DNA from: Mobula hypostoma
Lineage: Eukaryota
DNA: 64,000 nucleotides
Reading direction: 5' to 3'
NCBI RefSeq assembly: GCF_963921235.1
Contig: NC_086108.1
Coordinates: forward strand, 4,216,001 to 4,280,000
Below, piece by piece: positions 24,742-37,019 of the stretch. The notes under the pieces are model-generated. The model was not told where the DNA came from, ran no database searches, and saw nothing but the letters and a program-made list of their open reading frames with translations. Made by a program: the position numbers and the translations under genes. How positions within the stretch are numbered: the stretch's first letter is position 1; each line of letters begins with the position of its first letter.

Positions 24742-25265
24742 ATTTATTGAGATAGAGTGTAGTGGTAGGCCCTTCTGGCCTTTCGAGCCGCACCAGCCAG
24801 CAACCCCGAATTAATCCTAGCCCAATCACAGTACGATTTACAATGACAAATTAACCTAACGACCGGTACGCCTTTAGACTGTGGGAGGAAATGGAAGCTT
24901 CCTGGGAAAACCCACGTGGTCACGGGAAGGAACATACAAACTTGCTTAACAGAGGATGCTGGAATTGAACTCTGAACTCCAGTGCCCCGAGCTGGAACAG
25001 CATCTCACTAAATGCTGCGCTCTGCGGTGCCCCACCTCATAGGCAAACAGCCAAGCACCTGCTAGCTTGTACCCCTTCCCCTTCATCTATCTTATTCTGG
25101 CTTCTTCCCCCATTCCTTTCCAGTTACTCCAACTGATGGGCGGCAGGGGGGCGCGGGGGGAGAGCAAGTGACCAGGAACATACAAACTCCTTACAGGCAG
25201 CAATGGGAATTGAACCCAGGTCGCCTGTACTGTAAACCATTGTGCTAACCACTACACTACAGTGC
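24742..25265 (-). mobile_element. Two V-SINE/HE1-like SINE copies or fragments
   Basis: Reverse V-domain (TTTAGACTGTGGGAGGAAA) and B-boxes GGAATTGAACTC / GGGAATTGAACCC. Confidence 0.7.
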
Positions 25266-25441
25266 CAGTCTTTTTTTTTTGCAGGCATTCACAGAAGAAA
25301 TAGAGTAGAATCAATGGAAAGCTACTCACAAAGACCGGCCAGTGTGCAGTTAGGATAGATAGATAAATAAATACCGCTGAGAACACGAGTTGTAGAGTCC
25401 TCGAAAGTGAGTCTGTAGGTTGTGGAATCAGTTCAGTGTTG

Positions 25442-26100
25442 AGGTGAGTGAAGTTATCCACACTGGTTCAGGAGCCTGATGGTTGTGGGGTAATAACTGT
25501 TCCTGAACCTGGTGGTGTGGGACCTGAGGCTCATTGTGGTGAGTGAAGTTATCCACACTGGTTCAGGAGCCCGATGGTTGTGGGGTAATAACTGTTCCTG
25601 AACCTGGTGGTGTGGGACCTGAGGCTCATTGTGGTGAGTGAAGTTATCCACACTGGTTCAGGAGCCCGATGGTTGTGGGGTAATAACTGTTCCTGAACCT
25701 GGTGGTGTGGGACCTGAGGCTCATTGTGGTGAGTGAAGTTATCCACACTGGTTCAGGAGCCTGATGGTTGTGGCGTAATAACTGTTCCTGAACCTGGTGG
25801 TGTGGGACCTGAGGCTCATTGTGGTGAGTGAAGTTATCCACACTGGTTCAGGAGCCTGATGGTTGTGGGGTAATAACTGTTCCTGAACCTGGTGGTGTGG
25901 GACCTGAGGCTCATTGTGGTGAGTGAAGTTATCCACACTGGTTCAGGAGCCTGATGGTTGTGGGGTAATAACTGTTCCTGAACCTGGTGGTGTGGGACCT
26001 GAGGCTCATTATGGTGAGTGAAGTTATCCACACTGGTTTAGGAGCCTGATGGTTGTGGGGTAATAACTGTTCCTGAACCTGGTGGTGTGGGACCTGAGGC
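25442..26100. repeat. 95-bp tandem array, 7 copies, same unit as 2731-3673
   Basis: Unit starts 25442, 25537 ... 26012; runs directly into LINE body sequence at 26101. Confidence 0.95.
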
Positions 26101-26889
26101 TTCTGTACCTCCTGCCCGATGGCAGCAGTGAGAAGTGAACATGGTCTGGGTGGTGGGGGTCCTTCATCACGGATGTTGCTTTCTTGAGTAGATGTGCTGT
26201 GATTTTCTGTGCTCCGTGTTCTAAATTTCAAGATTTACGTCAGTGATCCTAAACCAGGTTCTGATTCTCAGAGACTTTTTATGTTTTGCACTGGTTGGTG
26301 GGTGTCCGTTTTGTCTGACAATGACAAGAGACCAGTGCAGGAGAGTTTTTAAAGTAGAAAAGATGTTGCACTGGGGCATTTCTGCTTTCTTTATCTCAGA
26401 AGTCGGGGTCCAGTGGTATGAACAAGCGTCACAGACTGGGGTCTTCCTTGGTTGCAGTGGATGACCGTCTGTGCCTTGTCATGCCCTTCATTCTCCAGCG
26501 AGCGTTACAGTATCACCTTCCTGGGTGTTGGATCTCACTGTAGATCTGCTGGAGCTGACTTTGCAAACTAGGACAGGCCTGTCTCTCTCACCAGGGTATG
26601 AGGCTGCTGGCTACCCTTGCCTGCTTTAGCCAGCCTGTTGAAGTGGTGTACTGGGGTGTGGCTGCTGCCACATGAGGTCAGTTACTTGGAGCCACAGGTG
26701 AGAGCAGAGTGTCCAGTGGGGGCCAAAGGGTGAGTGAGCTGCCCTGGGATGGACATGACAAGCCGTTTAACTAGAGGTGCTGCCCCTCCCTGGACACCTC
26801 GTACACCCCTTGCACTGAACTGCTGCCGTTAAACAACAAATTTCATGACGTGTCAGTGATAATGAACCTGATTCTGAAGACAAAGTTCA

Positions 26890-27018
26890 TATCAGAGTAC
26901 ATACATGTCAGCATATACAACCTGGAGATTTATTATCAGAGTACATATATGTCAGCATATACAACCTGGAGATTTATTATCAGAGTACATATATGTCAGC
27001 ATATACAACCTGGAGATT
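26890..27018. repeat. 44-bp tandem triplication in a LINE 3' tail
   Basis: ATCAGAGTACATATATGTCAGCATATACAACCTGGAGATTTATT at 26891, 26935, 26979. Confidence 0.88.
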
Positions 27019-27242
27019 AATTTTCTTGTGGGCATACTCAGCAAATCTATAGAATATTAACTATAAAAGGACCAATGAGAGACCGCACCAATTTGGGTGT
27101 TCAATCAGTGTGCAGAAGACAACTGTGCAAATACAAAAATAAACAAATAATAATAATCAATAAATAAACAATAAATATCGAGAACATGAGATGAAGAGTC
27201 CTTGAAAGTGAGCCCATAGGATGTGGGAACATTTCAATGATG

Positions 27243-27710
27243 GGGTGAGTGAAGTTATCCCCTGGGTTCAACAGCCTGATGGTTGAGGGGTAATAACTGT
27301 TCCTGAACCTGGTGGTGTGGGACCTGAGGCTCATTGTGGTGAGTGAAGTTATTCACACTGGTTCAGGAGCCTGATGGTTGAGGGGTAATAACTGTTCCTG
27401 AACCTGGTGGTGTGGGACCTGAGGCTCATTGTGGTGAGTGAAGTTATTCACACTGGTTCAGGAGCCTGATGGTCGTGGGGTAATAACTGTTCCTGAACCT
27501 GGTGGTGTGGGACCTGAGGCTCATTGTGGTGAGTGAAGTTATCCACACTGGTTCAGGAGCCTGATGGTCGTGGGGTAATAACTGTCCCTGAACCTGCTGG
27601 TGTGGGACCTGAGGCTCATTGTGGTGAGTGAAGTTATCCACACTGGTTCAGGAGCCTGATGATTGTGGGGTAATAACTGTTCCTGAACCTGGTGGTGCGA
27701 GTCCTGAGGC
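27243..27710. repeat. 95-bp tandem array, 5 copies (first copy divergent)
   Basis: Unit starts 27243, 27337, 27432, 27527, 27622. Confidence 0.92.
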
Positions 27711-28505
27711 TCCTGTAGCTTTTTCCTGATGGCAGCAGTGGGAAGAGAGCACGGCCTGGGTGGTGGGGGTCTCTGATGGATGCTGCTTTCCTACGACAAA
27801 GTTTCATGTAGATGTGCTCAATGGTTGGGAGGGTTTTACCCGTGATAGAGTGGGCCAGATCCTATTTTGTGTAGGATTTTCCATTCAAGGGCATTGGTGT
27901 TTCCATACCAGGCTGTGATGCAGTCGGTCAATACACTCTCCACCACACATCTATAGAAGTTTGTCAAAGTTTTAGATATCGTACTAAATCTCTGTAAACT
28001 CCTAAGGAAGCAGAGGTGCTGCCGTGCTTTCTCCATAGTTGTACTTACAGGACAGGTCCTCCAAAATGATAAGACTTAATGAATTTAAAGTTGATAACTC
28101 TCTCCAGCTCTGATCCTCCGATGAGGACTGGTTCATGAACCTCTGGTTTCCTCCTCCTGAAGTCAATAATCAGCTCCTGGTCTTGCTGACATTGAGTGAG
28201 AGGTTGTTGTCATGACACCACTCAGCCAGACTTTCAATCTCCCTCCTTTCTGCTGATTTGTCACCAGCTTTGATTCGGCCCACAGCAAACTTGAATATAC
28301 ATTAGAGTTGTGTGGTAAGGGAAAGCGAGTGGAGCAGGGAGCTAAGCACACAGCCTTGTGCACCTGTTTGTCCTGTAGACGGTGTGTCCACCAGCCAGTG
28401 TTTGACACACTGCTGTCAGGGCTGTGTGAAGGAGGGGTTCTACAGGCACGGTGAATCAGAGTGGGGGACTCATTTTAAAATACCTCTTTTTCCTCATCCG
28501 AGCAG

Positions 28506-28580
28506 TACTTGGGCCACATGGAGGTTGAAGAATCCCGTGGAATGCACGTGTGTGAGGAAGCCGTGAAGAAATTCAAAACG
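28506..28580 (+). CDS. NUMBL: Numb-like PTB domain exon (YLGHMEVEESRGMHVCEEAVKKFKT)
   Basis: Pyrimidine tract + gagcAG acceptor, 75 nt, donor ACG|gtgagt, phase 0/0. VEESRGMHVCE..VKK matches NUMBL. Not shown in this frame in the ORF track; read by hand. Confidence 0.92.
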
Positions 28581-28889
28581 GTGAGTGTTTCAGTTCTCCT
28601 GAACCCTGAGGCCATCAGCTCGATCTGTGGAAAAATTAAAATTCCCACTGCAAACCGGCGTTGAGTTTGTGTGGCACAACCCGAAGCGCGTTAATCTTTG
28701 GAGGTTTTCAAGTGTAGTCTCCGCAAAGGTGGGAAGGGACTGACAGAGGATGGGATCCATGGACAGCATCGAGGTACTTAGAGCACCAGCTATGTTTGAG
28801 ACATTTGCTCGAGGGAGACACGGTGGGCCCAAAGTTTCCAGGAGAAGCTGAATCCTCTTCATTACAGAAGAATCCTGGGATTTGACCAG

Positions 28890-29030
28890 ATGGTTTGGCT
28901 TCATAGTGACTTGAGTTCAATTTCTGCCGCTGTCTGTAGGAGTTTGTACATTCTTCCCATAACTGTGTGGGTTTATTCCGGGTGCTCCGGTTTCCTCCCA
29001 CAGTCCAAAGACATCCTGGTTAGGTTTAGT
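28890..29030 (+). mobile_element. V-SINE/HE1-like SINE fragment
   Basis: GAGTTCAATTTC box and GTGGGTTTATTCCGGGTGCTCCGGTTTCCTCCCACAGTCCAAAGAC. Confidence 0.75.
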
Positions 29031-29066
29031 GAGTTCTATTCATGCAATGTTGGCATGGGTAGTATC

Positions 29067-29873
29067 TCCCTCTCTCCTTTTTTTCCTATCTCTACCTATC
29101 CATCTCCTTTCTCCCTTCACTTTCTGTCTGTCCTCTCCCCCATCTCTCCCTCTCCCCACTCTCCCTCCCCCTCCTTTCCCCCCTTCCCCTCCCCCTCCTC
29201 TCCCCCTCCGCTCCCCTTCCCCCTCCCTCTCCTTTCCCTCTCCTCTCCCTCCCCTCTCCCTCCCCCTCCCTCTCCTCCCTCCCCCCTCCCCTTCCTCCCC
29301 CCGCCCCTCTCTCCCCCCTCCCCTCTCCCTCTCCCTCCCCTCCCCTCCCCCCTCCCCCTCCCCTCTCCCTCTCCCCCTCCCCTCTCCCTCTCCCTCTCCC
29401 CCTCCCCTCTCCCTCTCCCCCTCCCTCTCCCTCTCCCTCTCCCCTCTCCCTCTCCCCCTCCCTCCCCCCTCCCTCTCCCTCTCCCCCCTCCCTCTCCCTC
29501 TCCCCCCTCCCTCTCCCCCTCTCCCTCTCCCTCCCCTCTCCCTCTCCCCCTCCCCTCTCCCTCCCCTCTCCCTCTACTTCTCCCCCCTCCCTCTCCTTCT
29601 CCCCCCTCCCTCTCCTTCTCCCCCCCTCTCCTTCTCCCCCTTCCCTCTCCTTCTCCCCTCTTCCTCTCCCTCTCCCCTCTCCCTCTCCCTCTCCCTCCCC
29701 TCTCCCTCTCCCTCCCCTCTCCCTCTCCCCCTCCCCTCTCCCTCTCCCCCCCCCTCTCCCTCTCCCCCCTCCCTCTCCCTCTCCCCCCTCCCTCTCCCTC
29801 TCCCCCTCCCTCTCCCTCTCCCCTCTCCCTCTCCCCCCCTCCCTCTCCCTCCTCTCTCCCTCTCCCTCCCCTC
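29067..29873. repeat. About 800-bp near-pure polypyrimidine tract ((CTCTCC)n-like)
   Basis: Almost no purines on the + strand; produces spurious Pro/Ser/Leu and Gly/Glu/Arg ORFs. Confidence 0.95.
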
Positions 29874-30454
29874 CGAAGAGCTGCTTTGACAGCCTGCCGG
29901 CTCGGTAACCCGTGGCTGACCGGTGATGTGGGGATGAGGCTGAGCTCTGCCCTGCACACAACCTTTACAAATGACTTCCTTTTGCTTTGGGCTGCAGAGA
30001 CTCTGAGAAGGGAGGGAGGAGCTTCGTCAGGCTCGACACTTACCCAGTCTGCTATTGGCCAATTCAGAGCCAGTCGTTTTCTGATTGGCTGAGGAAAGGC
30101 AGACCGGTGCAAGGATGAACATGTGAGTCAACCAATGAAAGAAACGTCTCATTCCCATGATAAGCATCTGGACCACGTGCTCCGGGAATCTGCTACCCAA
30201 AACAGCAGGATTTTTCAATACGAGGGAAGCGAAGCTCCCAGTCAAATGGTCTTCCTTTGGGCAATGGGTCTGACCGACAACCTGTACATCTGCATTCAAC
30301 TCATTTCCTCTCTCCCCTCTTCCACTCTACATTCTCTCCAGATGTTGTACAGCTGTTGTACAATATCTGGCACCAGTTCCCAATAAAAACCCCACGCCTT
30401 TGCCCTCTACTGTGTCTCTCCCCTCTTGGCACTTTCCCCCACACTCCACTATAT

Positions 30455-32955
30455 CCCGCAGTCTTCACTCCTCACTCTCCGCTGTCTTCACCCCTCGCTT
30501 TCCGCAGTCTTCACCCCCTCACTCTCCGCTGTCTTCACCCCTCACTCTCAGTGGTCTCCCTGCTCTCTACTGGCTACCCCCTCACTCTCCGCAGTCTTCC
30601 CCCCTCACTCTCCGCAGTCTTCCCCCCTCACTCTCCGCAGTCTTCCCCCCTCACTCTCCGCAGTCTTCACCCCTCACTCTCCACAGTCTTCACACCTCAC
30701 TCTCCACTGTCTTCCCCCTCACTCTCCGCGGTCTTCAGCCCTTCACTCTCCGCGGTCTTCACCCCCTCACTCTCCACTGTCTTCCCCCCTCACTCTCCAC
30801 AGTCTTCCCCCCTCACTCTCCACTGTCTTCACCCCTCACTCTCCGCTGTCTTCACCCCCTCACTCTCTGCTGTCTTCACCCCTCACTCTCCACGATCTTC
30901 ACCCCTCACTCTCCGCTGTCTTCACCCCTCACTCTCCGCTGTCTTCCCCCTCACTCTCCACGGACTTCACCCCCTCACTCTCCGCTGTCTTCCCCCTCAC
31001 TCTCCGCTGTCTTCCCCCTCACTCTCCGCTGTCTTCACCCCTCACTCTCCGCTGTCTTCCCCCTCACTCTCCGCTGTCTTCACCCCTCACTCTCCGCTGT
31101 CTTCACCCCCTCACTCTCCGCAGTCTTCAGCCCTCACTCTCCGCAGTCTTCACCCCTCACTCTCCGCTGTCTTCACCCCTCACTCTCCGCGGTCTTCACC
31201 CCCTCACTCTCCGCTGTCTTCCCCCTCACTCTCCGCTGTCTTCCCCCTCACTCTCCGCTGTCTTCACCCCTAACTCTCTGCTGTCTTCCCCCTCACTCTC
31301 CGCTGTCTTCCCCCTCACTCTCTGCTGTCTTCACCCCCTCACTCTCCGCAGTCTTCAGCCCTCACTCTCCGCTGTCTTCACCCCTCACTCTCCGCTGTCT
31401 TCACCCCTCACTCTCCGCTGTCTTCACCCCTCACTCTCCGCTGTCTTCCCCCTCACTCTCCGCTGTCTTCACCCCTCACTCTCCGCTGTCTTCCCCCTCA
31501 CTCTCCGCTGTCTTCACCCCCTCACTCTCCGCTGTCTTCACCCCTCACTCTCCGCAGTCTTCAGCCCTCACTCTCCGCAGACTTCACCCCTCACTCTCCG
31601 CAGACTTCACCCCTCACTCTCCGCAGACTTCACCCCTCACTCTCCGCTGTCTTCACCCCTCACTCTCCGCTGTATTCCCCCTCACTCTCTGCGGTCTTCA
31701 CCTCCTCACTCTCTGCGGTCTTCACCTCCTCACTCTCCGCGGTACAGTCTTCCCCCCTCACTCTCCACAGTCTTCCCCCTCACTCTCCACTGTCTTCACC
31801 CCTCACTCTCCGCTGTCTTCACCCCCTCACTCTCCGCTGTCTTTCCCCTCACTCTCCGCTGTCTTCCCCCTCACTCTCCGCTGTCTTCACCCCCTCACTC
31901 TCCGCTGTCTTCCCCCTCACTCTCCGCTGTCTTCCCCCTCACTCTCCGCTGTCTTCACCCCTCACTCTCCGCTGTCTTCCCCCTCACTCTCCGCTGTCTT
32001 CACCCCTCACTCTCCGCTGTCTTCACCCCCTCACTCTCCGCAGTCTTCAGCCCTCACTCTCCGCAGTCTTCACCCCTCACTCTCCGCTGTCTTCACCCCT
32101 CACTCTCCGCGGTCTTCACCCCCTCACTCTCCGCTGTCTTTCCCCTCACTCTCCGCTGTCTTCCCCCTCACTCTCCGCTGTCTTCACCCCTAACTCTCTG
32201 CTGTCTTCCCCCTCACTCTCCGCTGTCTTCCCCCTCACTCTCTGCTGTCTTCACCCCCTCACTCTCCGCTGTCTTCACCCCTCACTCTCCGCAGTCTTCA
32301 GCCCTCACTCTCCGCAGACTTCACCCCTCACTCTCTGCTGTCTTCACCCCTCACTCTCCGCGGTCTTCCCCCTCACTCTCCGCTGTCTTCACCCCTCACT
32401 CTCCGCTGTCTTCCCCCTCACTCTTTGCTGTCTTCACCCCCTCACTCTCCGCTGTCTTCACCCCTCACTCTCCGCTGTCTTCACCCCCTCACTCTCCGCT
32501 GTCTTCACCCCTCACTCTCCGCAGACTTCACAGCCCTCACTCTCCGCAGACTTCACCCCTCACTCTCCGCTGTCTTCACCCCTCACTCTCCGCTGTATTC
32601 CCCCTCACTCTCTGCGGTCTTCACCTCCTCACTCTCCGCGGTCTTCACCCCTTCACTCTCCGCGGTCTTCACCCCCTCACTCTCCGCTGTCTTCCCCCTC
32701 ACTCTCCGCTGTCTTCACCCCTCACTCTCCGCTGTCTTCACCCCTCACACTCTGTGGTCTTCACCCCTCACTCTCCGCAGTCTTCACCCCTCACTCTCTG
32801 CTGTCTTCACTCCTCACTCTCCGCAGACTTCACCCCTCACTCTCCGCAGACTTCACCCCTCACTCTCCACAGTCTTCACCCCTCACTCTCTGATGTCTTC
32901 ACCCCTCACTCTCCGCGGTCTTCACCCCTCACTCTCCGCGGTCTTCACCCGCACT
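30455..32955. repeat. About 23-bp (22-24) minisatellite, roughly 105-110 copies
   Basis: Unit CTCACTCTCCGCTGTCTTCACCC; rare variant CCCTAACTCTCTG recurs at about 31268 and 32188 (920-bp offset). Confidence 0.95.
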
Positions 32956-34309
32956 CTGAGGGTCCCCCTGCGCTTTACCTTCTTCCTCCACTCTCCACCA
33001 TCTCTCTCTCACTCATCGGTCTTCCCCATTCTCAGCCATCCACGGCCCCCTCAGTCTCTGCCATTTCCCCTGCTCTCTGCAATCTTACCCCCCCGCACTT
33101 CACAGCTTTCCCCCAGACCACCATACAACCCACTCTCTGCCCTCTCCTCCCGCTGTCTGCAGTCTCCCCCTCTGTTGAGTTCTCCCTGCTCTGTGTCGTT
33201 CCCCGCCCAGCTCTCTGTGTCTCCCCCTTCTCCCCCCACTCTACCCTCCCCACCCCTCATTCCAAGATTTACCAGCTCCGGTGCTGGTGTGTCGGCCCTC
33301 CAGGCCCCTCTGCTCCTCAGCCAAACTCAGCCACGTTACCGTCTCCAACCCTCACCAAGCAATGCAGATACTGGGAATCTGCCTGCAGTACGGGCAGATT
33401 AGAAACACGCAAGAGGCCAGGCGGCATCTGTAAAGAGAGGAATTCCTGCAGCTTGTCGGGCAGGCGAGCATTCACCAGGACTGGGAACAGGTGAAAAAAG
33501 CACAGAAAGAGGCCATTTGGCCCATTGATTCTGTACTAACCACCAACCTCCCATTTTCACCCGCTTTTTAGTCTCCTCACTTCCCCCCTCGTCCATTCAC
33601 CCACACAACAGGGGCAATTTAGAATATCCAGCCGACACAACCCCACCCCACACGTCTGTGAGACATGGGGGGAAACTGGGGCACTCACGGTCACGGGGAG
33701 AGTGGGAAAGCTCGGTACACGGCGGCCCCAGAGGCTGAGTTTGGACCAGGGTCCCTGGCGATGAGAGGCAGCGGCGGGCGCGGAGCGAGGTAGGGTGGGG
33801 AGGGCTCTGAGGCAGGAGAAGTGAAATGGAGGAGGAGGAGGGAGAGGGACCAAGGGTGGGTCAGGTCAGGAGGAGGCAGGAAGGCAATTGCCTCAGATTC
33901 TGAGGTGCTTTAGAATGAAGATCCGTGATCATTGCTGTGACACAGGGTGAACGTACCCAGGGAGGGGAATAGAACACACAACTTCCTCGCATGGGGAGTG
34001 GGAAACAGGGAGGGGAGGATCCTCACCAGAGGGGGAAGTGGGGTGCTCCCTCCCTTGGGCTGGGGACAATAGGGAAATCCCTCCCTCGAGGAGGGGGAAT
34101 GCGGATCTTGTTCACTTAGGAGGGGTGATTGGGGACCTCCCTTCCTTGGGGAGGAGGCAATAGGGAGCTCCCTTCCTCGGGGTGGAGGGGGAATAGGGAT
34201 ATCTCCCCCTCAGGGAGTGGGAACCTCTCTTTCTTGAGTTGGGGATAATAGGGAGCGATTATCTCCCCCAGGGAAGGTGGCAAGGTGATCCCTGTCTTGT
34301 GGGGGAGGG

Positions 34310-34820
34310 TTTATGGGGAGATCCCTCACTCAGACTGGGGTAATGTGGAGATCCCTCACTCAGAGTGGGATAATGTGGTGATCCCTCACTCGGGCGGGGG
34401 TAATGGGGAGAATGAGATCCCTTGCTCAGGGTGGGGGTAATGAGATCCCTCTTCAGGGTAGGGGTAATGGGGAGATCCCTCCTCAGGGTGGGGGTAATGG
34501 GGAGATCCCTCACTTGGGATAGGGGGTAATGGGGAGATCCCTCCTCAGGGTGGGGGTAATGAGGAGATCCCCCACTCAGGATAGAGGGTAATGGGGAGAT
34601 CCCTCCTCGGGGTGGGGGTAGTGGGGAGATCCCTCCAGGGTGGGGGTAATGGGGAGATCCCTCCTTGGGGTGGGTGTAATGAGGAGATCCCTCCTCGGGG
34701 TGGGGATAATGGGGAGATCCCTCCTCGGGGTGGGTGTAATGAGGAGATCCCTCCTCGGGGTGGGGGTAATGTGGAGATCCCTCCTCAGGGTGGGGGTAAT
34801 GGGGAGATCCCTCCTCAGGG
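34310..34820. repeat. 30-bp G-rich minisatellite, about 17 copies, with more degenerate copies upstream to about 33990
   Basis: Unit GGGGAGATCCCTCCTCGGGGTGGGGGTAAT. Confidence 0.9.
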
Positions 34821-36162
34821 TATGGATCCAAGTTAAAGGAAGAGACTGGTTTAGGGGGAAGTTGCTAGGAAACAGGCCACTCTGCCCGACCAGTCCATGC
34901 TGGTGTTTATGCATCACTTGAGCCTTCTGCCAGCTTCGAGACTGATCAGTGTGAATCTCGATTCTGCTGCTCCTTCACCTGCCTCTCTGGGGCCCCCTTA
35001 ACTTCTCGCCTGCCTCCCGGGGGAGCTCACCCCAGACCCTCTCTTCTGCTTGGGTGCAGGAACTTCTATTATGAGACCGGATAAAGAGATGGGGAGGAAG
35101 TGTGTGGGGATTTTAGGTGGGATTTGTGGGGAAAGGTCAAAGAGGGAGAGGAGGCTGATGTTTGCACAGAAGAGGGGCTGAATAGCTTGTTTTCAGAACA
35201 GTTATGTACTGGGGTTGGGAGGTAGAGTTTGGGGAGATGGTGACGTGGTTGACTGGACAGTAACCTTGCCCCGTGCTGACACCCACATCTGCGCTTTGCC
35301 GCTCTATGGATCTCCCTGCCCCATGTTACAACCCTCGCTTTGGAAGGTGTAGGGTTAGCGTTAACCTCACCCAGCGCTGAGGCCCGGTAGAACAGCCCGA
35401 GGCTGTGAGGGGAGGGGCAACGCTCTCCGCCTTCGCAGTCTAAAGCATCGCTCTTGCCTCATCCCCCTCCCACCCATCTCTCTATGTGACTCGCCCGGGA
35501 GATGAAAAGGATGAAAAGTTCTGAAAATCTTCAGGAATGCAAGAAGGAAATAAAAAGCCATGAAACACGTGCAAAATTAATCCAATATCAGCACTCAAGT
35601 CTTTAGTCTTGTGACGACTAACCACCTAATCCTCTTCCTCCTCTCCCGCTGTCTTCATCAGGTGCTCCACCCCTTCGCTGCTATTAGCTCATTCAGATGC
35701 TCATCAATTGGTTCAGGTTCTCATTCCTGGCTCTTCATTGGATCCATTCTCGTTCCTGGCTTCTCATTTGCTCCCTTGTGGTTGCCCATTGGCAGCTGAA
35801 ATGTAAACTAAATTAGCAAATATGTGATGAAATATCGATACAGAGCTCTCTAAAGCAGGATGTGGGGATGCAGGGAGCAGCATTTATGAGAGAGAGGCAT
35901 CAATAATCCATTCAGAAACTCAGGGAGAACTCAGTCGCCAGGGAGTGGGAAGGATGGGGACCCTGCAGGACACAGATTGAGAGGAACACTAAAGGTTTGT
36001 GAGGAAGCGCAAGGGAGAGGGGAACAGATGGAGATCGTGTTGGGACAGACGAGAAACATTGGAGCGATAGTTGCAAGGAGCATAAATGCCGTCACGCATA
36101 TAATGGGGCCAAATGGCCACTGCACATTCAATCCGGTGAAACTCCTGTTTGATGTTTTACAG

Positions 36163-36237
36163 GCAGGGAAGAAGTCGGTGAAAGCCATCTTATGGGTGTC
36201 GGCTGATGGTCTGAGAGTGGTGGACGATAAGACCAAG
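36163..36237 (+). CDS. NUMBL: Numb-like PTB domain exon (AGKKSVKAILWVSADGLRVVDDKTK)
   Basis: ttttacAG acceptor, 75 nt, AAG|gtacag donor; lies in ORF 35977..36351. KSVK and VDDKTK are NUMBL-type. Confidence 0.93.
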
Positions 36238-37019
36238 GTACAGTTACAGTCCTCCGAGACCCCAGGTGATCCACACTCGCTCCGTGCGTACGGCGTAGAC
36301 TGGGAACTGAAGAATTTAGATGCCCAGACTGTTGCTGTCATAGTCACATGACAGGGAAACCGGGTGTTCGGCCCATCTGGTCTATGCCTGGCAAGACATC
36401 CATTTTAGCCAGTTGCACTGCCCGCATTGGGCCCATCTCCCCGTAAGCCTTTCCTATCCGTGCAAGACCCGTAACAGTGTTGCTGAGCAGAGAGATCCTG
36501 GGGTCCAACCTCATAGCTCCTTGAAAGTGACTACACAGGTCAATAGGGTGGCTAAGAAGGTTTATGGAATACTTGTTTTTATTAGTCGAGAAATTGGGTT
36601 ATAAACACATATAATAGCCTATATACGTGATTGTATGTCCATAAAGTGACACTAGGCACAGGAGTGTGTGTACATAAGGTGCCAAGGCCCCAAGTTCTGC
36701 AGTACCTGAGACGAGGTGAGACTCCAAACGAGACAGAAATCCAAAATGCAACCGCAGACTGAACTAAAGTTGAGTAGATGGTGCAGCACCAAACCTGAGT
36801 TGAGGTGCTCTTTAAATATCCAGATCCCGGCACCAGAACATGAGTGCCAGTCAGCAGAATCTTTAAAGGAGCTGCTGTCCATCCTCCGGAGAATCGGAGC
36901 GTCTAAACCCTGGAAGCTAGCATTTCGGCAGTCTACTGTAACACTTGCCCTATAACTCCGGTTCTCAAGTCCCAGCTTGTTTCAGAACCTCTCGACCTGG
37001 GTCTGAACAGTACTGCTGC

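Larger units (their letters stand above)
26880..28360 (-). mobile_element. Rex1/Babar-type LINE 3' portion hosting the third 95-bp array
   Basis: KARQHLCFLRSLQRF...NFYRCVVESVLTDCITAWYGN (ORF 27836..28036). Confidence 0.8.

Noticed and set aside
28890..30112. Pro/Ser-rich and Gly/Glu/Arg-rich ORFs of 286-400 aa
   Set aside because: Artefacts of the polypyrimidine/polypurine tract.
30257..33494. Long ORFs of 325-1022 aa (SPLTLRCLHP/PHSPLSS repeats)
   Set aside because: Translations of a nearly stop-free 23-bp minisatellite open in all three + frames; no domain or splice support.
28581..36162. NUMB PTB-long microexon (ERKFFKGFFGK)
   Set aside because: No matching coding sequence with splice sites found by eye; absence fits NUMBL.
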